Of a stretch of DNA of 64,000 bases, positions 12,143-25,417 are shown one piece after another. Below the pieces are notes generated by a model, which saw only the letters and a list, made by a program, of their open reading frames with translations, searched no databases and had not been told where the DNA came from. Each line of letters begins with the position of its first letter. The first letter of the stretch is position 1. The translations under genes were made by a program, and so were the position numbers. The stretch comes from Octopus vulgaris. Its lineage: Eukaryota. The stretch spans positions 97,154,001 through 97,218,000 of the forward strand of contig OX597820.1 in the NCBI GenBank assembly GCA_951406725.2, in the 5' to 3' direction.

Positions 12143-13230
12143 CGCGAGAAAGAAGCAACAAGAATGGATAAGTTTTTAGTACAATCGTTTCATACAAAGA
12201 CAGGCTTTATTAAAAGTTGCAAAAATTGCAGCATATAAACGTGTCCCGTACTCATCAGCTAAAATACATGTGAGTTCTCTAGACATCTTAGTGGTTGAGG
12301 CTATACTCATGAAGTAATGTAGATAATTAAGTAACATAAACAGATTTCCAAAGTTCATTAAAGTTCTTTAAAGATGATGCACAGTCTTATCACAGATTTT
12401 TAAAAAAAGTTTTAATAGCATCACAGAGAAGGTGACTTAATTCATAGTGTACATATGAATTTCCAGAGATATGAGGAGGGATTACATACTCACAGACGAC
12501 AAATTTATCCATGGCTAATCACAACGAGGTGGGTATCAATTCCTGCTTATTAGCATTACAGAGAGGGTGAATTAATCCTTTGTATAGGTGCACAATTTCC
12601 AATGGTGTAGATGTAAATTTCCAGAGAAATGAAGAGGAATTTCATATTCACAGACGATAAATTTATCAATGGTTGAACACAATGAGGTAGGTATCAATTT
12701 TTGCTATATGATTAGGTATTTGCCACATTAATCACATTACTGCTATTTTCAAGAGACTGTAGCTATTTGACTTTTAAAGGCTGAAGGGCTTTCTAGAGAG
12801 GCAAAGAACAGAAAGGGAAGGAAAAGAGAGAAAATAAAGGAGGAGGGAGCAAAAAAAAAGGGGGGGAGACTAAAAGAAAAGAGAAAAGGAAAAAGAAAAA
12901 AAGAAAAAAGAGAATAAGAAGAAGAAAAAGAGAAAGAAAAGAAAGAGGGAAAGAAGGGAGAAAAGAAAAAGAAAAAGAGGGTTCTAGTTATACAGAAGAA
13001 TTAGTAGACGGCAAGTCTGGTTTTATATGCTGCAATTTTTGCAACTTTTAATAAAGCCTGTCTTTGTATGAAACGATTGTACTAAAAACTTATCCATTCT
13101 TGTTGCTTCTTTCTCGCTTATAATCACCCCACATTACTGTATGGTTAAAACCGTATAGTTTTTGGTGCATCTAAGTTAGGTACCATATTCAAGTAAATTC
13201 ATTAAAATTGACTTGAATCTTTATTGCTTT
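12143..13230. mobile_element. Non-autonomous Penelope-like element with inverted partial terminal repeat
   Basis: ~95-bp inverted repeat 12144-12239 vs 13021-13117; hammerhead on minus strand; inserted in (TA)n. Confidence 0.7.
12174..12264 (-). ncRNA. Type I hammerhead ribozyme
   Basis: TTTTAG-CTGATGA-[GTACGGGACA...TGTCTTTGTAT]-GAAA-CGATTG-TA-CTAAAA. Confidence 0.8.
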
Positions 13231-13251
13231 TTATATATATATACATATAAT

Positions 13252-13291
<40 letters not shown>

Positions 13292-13367
13292 TACATATAT
13301 ATGTATATACATATACATATATGTATGTATTTATATATATATATATATATGTGTATATATATCTGTA

Positions 13368-13742
13368 TCTCTCTATATATAAACGGCAGTTTGTCTGTGC
13401 GTGTTTCTGTGTGTCTGTTTTCTCGTACCCTCACCCTGACCACGGCTTTCAACCGATTCTGATGAAACTTGACACACGCATAGCCCAATGTCATAATTCA
13501 AAACTAACGCAGCGAAAATTTTGAAAAGTTCCCCCAGTTCTGAAAAAATCGATAAATTCGACATATCGAGAATAAAAAAAACAAACCACAGACTGTCTAG
13601 GGGACGCAACTCATTTTTACTCTCAAAAAAAAATTTACCATCATTTTTTTCCATTTTTTTGCTATTTTTTGGCTATAACTCTCTAAAGATGCTTTATAGT
13701 TATTTCCCTTACAAACCTGAGCAACGCCGGGCGATATGCTAG
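13368..13742 (+). mobile_element. Non-autonomous Helitron
   Basis: A|TC 5' start, GCAACGCCGGG subterminal motif, CTAG|T end; 5' ~200 bp shared with 24236-25025. Confidence 0.8.
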
Positions 13743-13940
13743 TGTATATATATATATATACATATATGTATGTATTCATATTTATATATAGACTTGTTTT
13801 ATTTATACTCCTGAGCGCCATACTAATACAATTGTTTGTTTGTATTCCACCTGCCTTCGTCTTTTGTTTATTTTCATAAAGCTTCCCGTTATATATATAC
13901 ATACATAAAATTTGTATTTATATATATATACATATATATG

Positions 13941-14031
<91 letters not shown>

Positions 14032-14269
14032 TGTGACCTCTGCATATCGGAGAGCCTAGAGATCTTGTTCGCCAAAGGCCCTCTCCTTAACAAAATCTCA
14101 GAACACTCCCCAAATTGTATGCATAAGAAGTATGCGAACTACAAGAACTATAGACCTACCCGGCAACCAGATTGATAACACCCCACCCACAAAACCCCCC
14201 AATCCCACCGTTCCCCTAGCACCCCCGATTACCTTTTCTCCTAAGACCTTTCACATATTGTATGTGCAC

Positions 14270-14373
14270 GCTTGTATATGTGTATCGTATATATGTATAG
14301 AAATGTATGGGTATAGTAGGATTATACGCATGTATTATGTGTGTGTGTGCGTGTATGTATGTAAAAAAATATA

Positions 14374-14422
<49 letters not shown>

Positions 14423-14881
14423 GCGTGTGTGAGTGTGTGTGTGTGTGTATATATGTATAGATGTATGTATGTATATATGTATATATGTGTGTATGCATAT
14501 GTATGTGTATATGTATGTGTGTATGTATGTGTATGTATGTATAAAATATTATATAATTAGGGCTTAGTAAAATAAATTACTTTGCCACATACTGAACTTT
14601 CTAGAAATAGCAGCCAATAAAGTTTTTTAGCCTCTTCCACTACTTAGAGAATATTTTCCCTCAGACATTGTTTACTCATAATAAAAAAATAAAAAAATAA
14701 TGGTCCTTTTACAACTGAATACTTGGTGAAATTGATTAATAACTAATTAACTTTACCCTCAATTGTTGATATATGTATATGTGTGTGTATACATATGTGT
14801 GTGTATGTGTATATGTACATGTATGTATATGAGTATGTATGTATGTATGTATGTGTATATATATATATATATATATGTATG

Positions 14882-14948
<67 letters not shown>

Positions 14949-14953
14949 GTGCA

Positions 14954-14995
<42 letters not shown>

Positions 14996-15229
14996 TGTAT
15001 GTGTGTGTGTATATGTGTATTATGTGTGTATATGTTTATATATATGTATATGTATATGTATGTGTGTGTGTATATGTATATATGTGTATATATATGAGTG
15101 TACGCGAGTATGTCGATGTATATGTAGGTATGTAGAGTTATGTGTATGTGCAGGTATGTGAGTGTAGATACAAATTGTAGATGTGTATATATATGTATGT
15201 GTATATATGCATGTATATAGGTATATGTA

Positions 15230-15280
<51 letters not shown>

Positions 15281-15361
15281 GCGAGTATGTAGAGATATAA
15301 GTATGTGCATGTGTATATATATGTGTGTATATATATGTATGGGTATGTGTTTGTGTATGTA

Positions 15362-15416
<55 letters not shown>

Positions 15417-15559
15417 ATGCATATACGTATGTATGTATGTATGTACATGTGTATGTATATATGTGTGTAAGTGTGTGTATATATGTAAATGTAAGTGTGT
15501 GTGCTTGTATGAGAATGTATGTATGTTTGCACACATGTATATATATGTGTGTGTATGTG

Positions 15560-15616
<57 letters not shown>

Positions 15617-15813
15617 GTATATATATGTGTATGTGTGTATATATATGTGTATGTGTGTGTGTGTGTATACATGTATGTATGTGTATGTATGTATGTATAT
15701 ATATGCGTGTGTATGTGTGTGTGTATATGTACATATACGCGTACGCTCGTGTGTTTATGTATATGTAGGTACGTAGAGTTATCTATGTGTGTATTTATAT
15801 GTACATGTGTAAG

Positions 15814-15860
<47 letters not shown>

Positions 15861-15934
15861 ATGTGTGTGTGTGTATATATATATATATGTATGTATGTGT
15901 GTGTGTGTATATATGTGTGTATATGTGTATGTAT

Positions 15935-16010
<76 letters not shown>

Positions 16011-16667
16011 ATGTGTGTAAGTTTATATGTATGTATCCGTCTATATAATAGGTAACTGCACGTACATATACTTAATATTTATTATTTATTATTTATTTTT
16101 TGAGTATGCATGTATGAATAACTGCGCGTATATATATTTTACTATTTACTTATTTTTTGAGTATGCATGTAAGTATGAATATAAGGAGGCGCGTGTGTGT
16201 GTGTGTATGTGTAAGCATAGATATATGTATACTTTTACGCATGGGTGTACTTATGTGTATATATGGACGCGCGCATGTGTGTGTGTGTGTATGGGTACGC
16301 ATGTACATGTGTATGTGCGTGTATGAGTATATGAGTATGTATGTATGTGTGTGCGTATAGTTGTATATGTATGTATGTATATGTATGTGTGTGTATGAAT
16401 ATATATGTATATATGTATATATGTATGTGTATATATATATATATATAGATATATATATGCGCGTATATATATGTATGTATGTGGGTGTGTGTATGTGTAT
16501 AAATGTATGTATGTATGGATGTATGTATGTATGTATACGTATGTATGTGTATGTGTATATATGTATGTATGTGTATGTGTGTATACATGTGTATATGTGT
16601 GTATATGTGTATATATATATATGTGTGTGTGTGTATGTATGTGTATGTATATATGTGTATATATATG

Positions 16668-16715
<48 letters not shown>

Positions 16716-17149
16716 TATATGTATATATATACATGTATGTATTTGTATGTAGGTGTACGTGTATGTGTGTGTATTTATATTTATTGGTGTATATGTATAG
16801 ACTAGCCTTCTAAGAGTGTAGACATGAATCTGTAGGTACGCGTACGTATGTGTATATACGTGAATGTTTGTAGATGTATGTATGTATGAATATAACGCGT
16901 GCGTGCGTGTATGTGTATGAGTGTACGAATGAGTGAGTGTACGTGCTAAAGAGTGTGCGTGAGTGAATGAGTGCTTGTTTTCCAGTAGACAGACAAATGG
17001 ACTGGCTGTCATAGCCAAGATGTTTGTGACCAAGCGGCCAAAGATAACAAAAGTAATAAACGAAGATAATAAAATTAAAATTAGGGGATGGGTCTGTATT
17101 TGTATGTGTATATATATATGTGTGTATGTGTAGGTATGCATAGGTACAC

Positions 17150-17199
<50 letters not shown>

Positions 17200-17466
17200 A
17201 TGTATATGTATGTGTGTGTATATATGTGTGTATGGGTATATATGTGTATATAGGGACTAGTGTGCTGTGTGTGCATGTGTGTGTGTGGATTTGTGTGTGT
17301 ATGCGTGTATGTGAGTATGTGTGTGTATGTGTATATATATTTTTCTGTGTGTATATGTATGTGTGGTCGTGTGTGTGTATATATACATGTGTGTATACGT
17401 GTATGCATGTGAGTGTGTGTATGTATACATATATGTGTATGTGTAGATATGTATATGTATGTGTAA

Positions 17467-17516
<50 letters not shown>

Positions 17517-17943
17517 ATGTATGTGTGTATGTATATGTATATATGTTTGTATGCGTGTGTATATATGTATACATATGTGCATAGGTATAAGTGAGAATCT
17601 CCTTATTTACCTAAAACTCTATTCCCCCCTTCTTTTATATATATATATATTTTTATTTTTTATTTATTCTTCTATCTAATTTAACACTGACTCCTTGACC
17701 ACTCCCCCAAGTATGATATTTTGCGCTATGCCTACCCCCAAAAAGTCCCCCACCAACACCCCTTTAAACCTGCCTAAATGTATAAATGCCAATACAATTC
17801 TTGTTAACTAGCTTCCTGAAGATTTCTCTTGAATGAAACAGTTCTAGTCCTGTAGAAGCTCCTTCTATATAATAAATTAATTTTACTCTGCTATGTATTG
17901 AGTACCTTATTTACTGTGGTTAACCCCGAATCAACCCGGGACC

Positions 17944-18025
<82 letters not shown>

Positions 18026-18050
18026 CATATATATGTATTTATATATATAT
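14270..18050. repeat. Compound (TA)n/(TG)n/(TATG)n microsatellite field with small TE remnants
   Basis: Direct inspection; source of many spurious Y/I/H/T ORFs. Confidence 0.95.
17810..17860 (+). ncRNA. Compact type I hammerhead ribozyme motif
   Basis: AGCTTC-CTGAAGA-T(TTC TCTT GAA)T-GAAA-CAG TTCTAGTC CTG-TA-GAAGCT. Confidence 0.75.
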
Positions 18051-18135
18051 TGATTGATTGATTGATACTAGTTTCAGCTTATGAGCTGTGGCCATGCTGG
18101 GGCACCGCCATTTGGTGTTGCTACTTGGTTTCACT

Positions 18136-21100
18136 TCATGGAGGCTTTCTAGCAACTGCTATTTGGTGCATGAGAGAGTTCGATGCAGCTGCCCTCATCT
18201 GCCCCTCCTGCCGTGAAGTTGGTTCATCTGGGACACCTGACAGGAAGAGATCCAACTTCATTTTAAAGACATCTGTATCCACCCCATGCAGGTCTCTCAG
18301 GTTCTTCGGGAGGATATTGAAGAGCTGTGGGCCTTGGAAGCCCAGGCTATCACAGAATCTTGTCCTACATCTTGATGGCAGGTTTGGAGCCCTAGGCACC
18401 ACGCAGTGGCGCCCAGTTCTGGCATTTGCGTAACTCTCGATGCCAAAGTTCAGGACACTTCCCTCCAGGATCTTCCAGATGTATATTATGGCATATCTTT
18501 CCCGCCTACGCTCCAGGGAATATAATTTTAATCTCTTGAGTCTTTCCCAGTAGCTTACATTCTGCATAGAGGCTATCTTCTTTGTGTAGCTTCGTTGGAT
18601 CGCCTCAAGTTCTGTGATCAACTTGACGCTGGATGGTGACCATAGCTGAGAGCAATAGTCAAAGTGGCTTAGGACAAGTGTCTTCCAGAGGACCATCATG
18701 GTTTCTTGTTCTCTTGTTCTAAAGGTTCTAAGAATCCAGCCAGCCAGCCGTCTACATTTCATTGTCAGTTTAGCAACATGTACATGAAAGGTCGCGTCAT
18801 CACTCATGTGAATACCCAGGTCACGCACTGATTGTGCCTCTGGGATTGCAATCCCTCCGGGTCCAGTGTATTCATTGGGTATTGCATTCAGTTTTGCATG
18901 CTGATAGTATAAAGCTTGAAACTTTCCAGCATTGAACTGCATGCTATTCTTTTCAGCCCACTTGTATATTTCGTCCAGCTCACATTGCAGGTGTTTAGTG
19001 TCCTCAGGGTTCTGTATTGCCTGTGAAACTTTTGTATCATCTGCATAACTTGTGATCGTGGCTCTCTGCGTGGCTGAGGGCATGTCTGAGAGGGCCATTA
19101 TGAACAGTAGTGGTCCCAGAACAGTGCCCTGCGGAACACCGCTCACTATTTGTGTGTTAATGGAGGTGGCCCCATTGGCTACTACCACCTGACTTCTATC
19201 CTTCAGAAAGTCATGAAGCCATTCTCCCAGTTTTCCAACTATGTTGAGATCACGCAGTTTGTGACATATCATTCCATGATCGACTTTATCAAAGGCCTTT
19301 GCAAAGTCGAGATATATCACTTCCACATTTGAGTGGTTGAGCAGCCGTTTCAGCACCCAGTCATAGTGTTGTAGGAGCTGAGTTAAACAGCTTCTCCCTG
19401 GTCGGAAACCATGTTGGGTGTCGGGCAGCAAGTCATTCTCTTCAAGGAAGGTGATCAGCTTCCTTCTGACTATTCGTTCCATGACCTTGCTGATGTGTGA
19501 GGTCAGAGAGATAGGTCTATAGTTCTTGGCTTCCGCTCTGCTACCTCCTTTATGAATGGGGCATATTTTACCTTCCTTCAGTTTTCCTGGAAGTTTGCCA
19601 GCTGCAAGGAAGCTCTGAAAGAGGAACTGCAGTGGTCTTGCTAGGACTCTCTTACATGCTTTTAGGAGGATTGCCGGGAATCCATCGGGGCCAGTAGCTG
19701 AGTCTGTTTTCATTTCATCTATAGCCTTGGTTACATCGTCTTCCTTTATATCGATGTAATCTATCGTCGCCGCCTCTGATTTTATATCTGCAGTGGTAAA
19801 AAAGTCAGTTGGATTGGTGATTTGGAGATGCCCAAGGGGTGGAGTGAAAACACTCTTGAATTGCTCATTCAGTATTTCACTTACCCTCATTGGTTTTCCT
19901 GTAAGTGTGCCATCCTTTTCGAGGAGTGGCCCTATTCTACAGTGCACTGTAGCTGTTTCTTTGGCATACCTGTAGAAAGCTCTGGGGTTAGATTTTATGT
20001 TTTCTATAGCCCAGGCTTCTTTGTCTGCTCTTTCTTTTTCATGGGAGAGTTGCAGACATTTTTCGATTTCCAACAGTTTTATTTTTAGGCGGGACTTTTC
20101 ACTGCTTTCAATCTGTTTGTTTAGGCGATTTGAAAATTTCGTACGCCGTCTCATTAAAATTTTCCTCTCTCTAGGGGATTTTGTTCTTGTGTACAGTGGC
20201 CTTTCTCTCTGGGACACATTTGTAGCATATGGCTTGCATTACAGACATGAATTGTTGAAGTTTCACGTCGATGTCTGGCGAGGAGAGACATTTAGGCCAG
20301 TTTTGTTTGAGGATCTCTTTCTCAATTTGTTTCCAGTTTGCCTTATGGTAGTTCAAGCTGGAAAGATTTTGAGGGTTTCTTGTAGGCTGCATGTCCGTGC
20401 TCTCTTTTGGCCCGTACATGGTCAGCTCTATCATGTTGTGATCCGAGAGTAGTGTCGGTGTCACTTTCACATTATGGATGAGATCCATGTCATTTGTGAA
20501 GCAGAGATCCAGTGTGTTACCTGCCCTGGTTGGTTGGAGTATTACCTGCTCCATGTACAGGGTGTTGATGAGGTTCAGGAGGGACCTCGCCTGTCCTCGT
20601 TCACATCTTGTCATTCCTGGGAGAGAAAGGCCCTCGGGCCATCTGACATTGGGCAGATTGAAGTCTCCCATAAGAAGCACACCTATGTGTTGTTCTAATG
20701 TGGTTAGAATTTCTTCTATTTTTATAAGGCAGTCTTCAAACTTGCCCACATGGCTTGGGGCATCTGGAGGGCGATATGTAGCACACACAACTACATCAAG
20801 TTGCCTAATATGTACAATTAGTGTGTCACACACCGAATTTGAGTATGACAAGAGGACCTGGGGTGTGAGGTCCTCACGGATGTACATAGCAACACCTCCA
20901 TGACTCCTTTCTTTCCTGTCGGTCCGTAGTACAGCATACTGTGGTATGTGTAACTCCGCATCTGCTATGTCCGGTTTCAGGTGCGTTTCTGTAAGTGCTA
21001 TGCATAAGGCTTGATTGCATGCAACAAAGTCTCTCAGGAACGGGATCTTTGTCCTGTTACTGAGTGTTTGCAGTCCTCTGATGTTCAGTAGGAGTATCGA

Positions 21101-21241
21101 GGTGAGGTGTACGTTGTTGCCGGCGGTGTCCATCCTGTGTCTGTTTGCTGTGGTGGTCTGGTATATAGTGGGTAGTCCCACCTGCGGGCTTGGGTTTGAT
21201 GAAGCCAGGTCAGCTGCTGTACAATCTTTTGTGCCATGCAC
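18136..21241 (-). pseudogene. LINE ORF2 (AP endonuclease + reverse transcriptase), one frameshift near 20200
   Basis: NIRGL, LTETHL, MGDFN, LSDHN (APE); YLDFAKAFDKV, GVPQGTVLGPLLF, YADD (RT). Confidence 0.92.
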
Positions 21242-21996
21242 AAAAAAGATTGTTGCTCAGCAGCTGCTCTTTCGACAACATCATGTTGGCTGTTTGTGGC
21301 GCGCACAACATCTGCGTACCTCCGCTTTGGGGCAGGTGGTGCGTGGTCCATCCCTTTTCTTTGTGTTGATGGTTTGTCCATCTGCCTCGTGTCTCTGTGG
21401 CAGGGTCCCCGATGTGCAAAGCGGCAGCCTGCACCTTCCTTTCCATGCCAGCAGGAACCTCTCAGGTAGAACATACACACCCGTGTGCGCTGTTTGGTTC
21501 CATCCTTTGCGGTTCCACTTCTATTTCTGGTTGTTTCACTCTTTGGTCCTGCTTGAGCTTTTTCTTTTCCTTTAGCTCTTCCAGTCCTTCTTTTAGTTCT
21601 TCTTCCTCCCTCTACCTCTTCACCGGGTTCTCCGTCTCCATGGCCCTTGCTGCAGGTTGGAGAACTTGCACCTGGGTTCACTTCCCGGGCAGGTTTCTCA
21701 TTCAAAACCTCCTCCCGGGCGTCCACCAGGTGGGGGTGACTTCTTTCATCGTCTCCATTCTTGCCATCTTTGCCCCGCTCGTTCTCAAAGATGGCATCAA
21801 GTGCGCCAATGTGCGACCGTACAAGCGCATATGAGCGCACGAATTCCTGTCTCTTTCGCTCCATCTGAGCCGCTGTCCTCTTGTAGCCTCTGCTCTTCAG
21901 CGCAGCCGCAATCACCTCGCTAGGGCTATCTCCGCCGGCCCACTCCCATGCTCATACGAATAAATCCAGCTCGTCACGTCTCCATGCTCTGGACAT
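21085..21996 (-). pseudogene. LINE ORF1 with Myb/SANT-like N-terminus and CCCH finger; premature TGA at codon 15
   Basis: In-frame ATG at 21996: MSRAWRRDELDLFV*AWEW...IAAALKSRGYKRTAAQMERKRQEFVRSY; CMFYLRGSCWHGKEGAGCRFAH. Confidence 0.7.
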
Positions 21997-22049
21997 GCTG
22001 GATAATCCGTCTATCCGTTTATCTATCTAATTATGTTCGAGAGAAGACA

Positions 22050-23290
22050 GGAAGATATTAAGGCTAATTAGAAGATAGAGTACTTGAAAAAGAAATATTA
22101 ACAATATTAAAGTTTGTGAAGATAGAGTACTTGAAAAGGAAATATTAACAATATTAAAGTTTGTGTAAAAACGTTATTTGGGTAAAAACGTTATTTAATC
22201 TTAAGGCTAATTAGGGGATAGAGTATCTGAAAATGTATTAGCAATATTAATATTATATTAGAGTGTGGATAAAAACGTTGTTTAATCTTAAGGCTAATTA
22301 GGAGATAGAGTATCTGAAAATATATTAGCAATATTAATATTATATTAGAGTGTGGGTAAAAAAACGTTATTTAATCTTAAGGCTAATTTGGAGATAGAGT
22401 ATCTGAAAATATATTAGCAATATTAATATTATATTAGAGTGTGGGTAAAAAAACGTTATTTAATCTTAAGGCTAATTTGGAGATAGAGTATCTGAAAATA
22501 TATTAGCAATATTAATATTATATTAGAGTGTGGGTAATATTAAACGTTATTTAATTTAATCTTAAGGCTAATTAGAAGACAGAGTATCTGAAAAATTACA
22601 TATACAATATTAAGCAATATTAACCGTTATTTAATTTAATCTTAAGGCTAATTAGACGTTATTAATATTAAACGTTATTTAATTTAATCTTAAGGCTAAT
22701 TAGAAGATAGAGTATCTGAAAATATATTAGCAATATTAATATTATATTAGAGTGTGGATAAAAACGTTATTTAATCTTAAGGCTAATCAGGAGATAGAGT
22801 ATCTGAAAATATATTAGCAATGTTAATATTATATTAGAGTGTGGGTAATATTAAACGTTATTTAATTTAATCTTAAGGCTAATTAGAAGATAGAGTATCT
22901 GAAGAATTATTAACAATATTAAAACAATATTAAACGTTATTTAATTTAATCTTAAGGCTAATTAACAATAATTATTAACAATATTAAACAATATTAAACG
23001 TTATTTAATTTAATCCTAAGGCTAATTAACAATAATTATTAACAATATTAAACAATATTAAACGTTATTTAATTTAATCTTAAGGCTAATTAACAGTAAT
23101 TATTAACAATATTAAACAATATTAAACGTTATTTAATTTAATCCTAAGGCTAATTAACAATAATTATTAACAATATTAAACGTTATTTAATTTAATCCTA
23201 AGGCTAATTAGACGTTATTAATATTAAACGTTATTTAATTTAATCTTAAGGCTAATTAGAAGATAGAGTATCTGGAAAATTATTATATCG
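22050..23290. repeat. AT-rich tandem array (~50-85 bp variable units) in the LINE 5' region
   Basis: Recurrent AACGTTATTTAATCTTAAGGCTAATT and GATAGAGTATCTGAAAA. Confidence 0.9.
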
Positions 23291-23517
23291 AGAACAGATA
23301 TTAAAAATGTAAACAAACAAAATGACGATCGCAACTTTAACTAAGATGTGGGCCTAAGTGAAAGATAAAATAGAATAATAAATAAAATATGAAATAGATG
23401 AAATTGATACTTAATCCAACAATGTGGTCTGGATTATTTTTTTTTTGGTTTACGGGATTTTTTTCAGGAGAGATGCTTCTTTTTTCTTTCTTTCTTGCAG
23501 GAGATAACTTGATTCAG

Positions 23518-23634
<117 letters not shown>

Positions 23635-24235
23635 CATATATATGTATTTATATATATATACATATATACATACATATATATGTATTTATATATATATACA
23701 TATATATGTATTTATATATATATATACATACATATATATGTATTTATATATATATATACATACATATATATGTATTTATATATATACATATATATGTATT
23801 TATATATATATATACATACATACATATATATGTATTTATATATATACATACATACATATATATGTATTTATATATATACATACATACATATTTATATATA
23901 TATATACATACATACATATGTATTTATATATACACATACATACATATTTATATATTATACACATACATACATATTTATATATTATACACATACATACATA
24001 TTTATATATATATATACATACATACATATTTATATATATATATACATACATACATATTTATATATATATATATATATATATACATATGTATTTATATATA
24101 TATATATATATATATACATATGTATTTATATATATATATATATATATATACATACATACATATGTATTTATATATATAAAGGTCTATTATATATATATAT
24201 ATATATATACATACATATGTATTTATATATATATA

Positions 24236-25025
24236 TCTCTCTATATATAAACGGCAGTTTGTCTGTCTGTGTGTCTGTCAGGTTGTACCCTCACCCTGAT
24301 CACGGCTTTCAACTGATTCTGGTGAAACTTGACACACACGTAGCCCAATGTCATAATTCAAAACTAACGCAGCGAAAAGTTTGAAAAGTTCCCCCAGTTC
24401 TGAAAAAAAATCAATAAATTCGACATGGGTCGAGAATCTAAACTTTTTATATGCAACACATTTTCTACAGACTGTCTAGGGGACGCAACTCGACCTTTTT
24501 AACTCTCGGAACACGTGGGGTAAGTATCCCAAAATGTATAAGAATGTACAAAAACGGCAAAAAAGCGGGCAGCAATGTGAGTGACAACAACGAAAAAGTC
24601 AAAAGTGACCAAACTGAACAGACGAATGGAAAGGTTTTTTGATGCACACGACAAAAGCGGTTTATAATAAACCAACAGTTTGCAAGTAGCGTCCGAGGAC
24701 CCTTAGGGTACATCAAAAAATTTAAGGTAAAACGTTTGGGGTGGTAGTTATAAAGAAAGTGTAAACAAAAAAAGTATTCGAATAACTTGCGGCTGCAGCA
24801 GCTATTAGCAGAAGTGGGGGTAAAGTCTCGAATGTAATGTCTTCCTGGTAGGAATTGGTTGGGTTGAATTATCGATAGCTGTTTGATAGTTATTTAGGAG
24901 TGAAGAGAAGACATTGCAACCTACACATGCGCCTTCGTTCCCTAGAGGGAAAGGACTAGATTGGGATTAGTCGTTGCCTACTAGGGGCTCTTACATACAC
25001 GGGCAACGCCGGGCTATGCTGCTAG
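24236..25025 (+). mobile_element. Non-autonomous Helitron
   Basis: A|TCTCTCTATATATAAACGGCAG start; GGGCAACGCCGGG and CTAG|T end. Confidence 0.8.
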
Positions 25026-25417
25026 TATATATATACATACATATGTATTTATATATATATATATATATATGTACATACATATGTATTTATATATATATAC
25101 ATACATATATATGTATTTATATATATACATACATACATATATATGTATCTATATATATATATACATACATATATATGTATTTATATATATATACATACAT
25201 ATATATGTATGTATTTATATATATATGTATTTATATATATATATATGTATTTATATATATATGTATTTATATATATATATATGTATTTATATATATATAT
25301 ATATGTATTTATATATATATATATATGTATTTATATATATATATATATGTATTTATATATATATATGTATTTATATATATATATGTATTTATATATATAT
25401 ATATGTATTTATATATA

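Noticed and set aside
11688-17679. Many long Y/I/H/T/V/C-rich ORFs (also 23398-25557, 35514-36281, 51518-51924)
   Set aside because: Translations of (TA)n/(TG)n microsatellites that lack stops by composition
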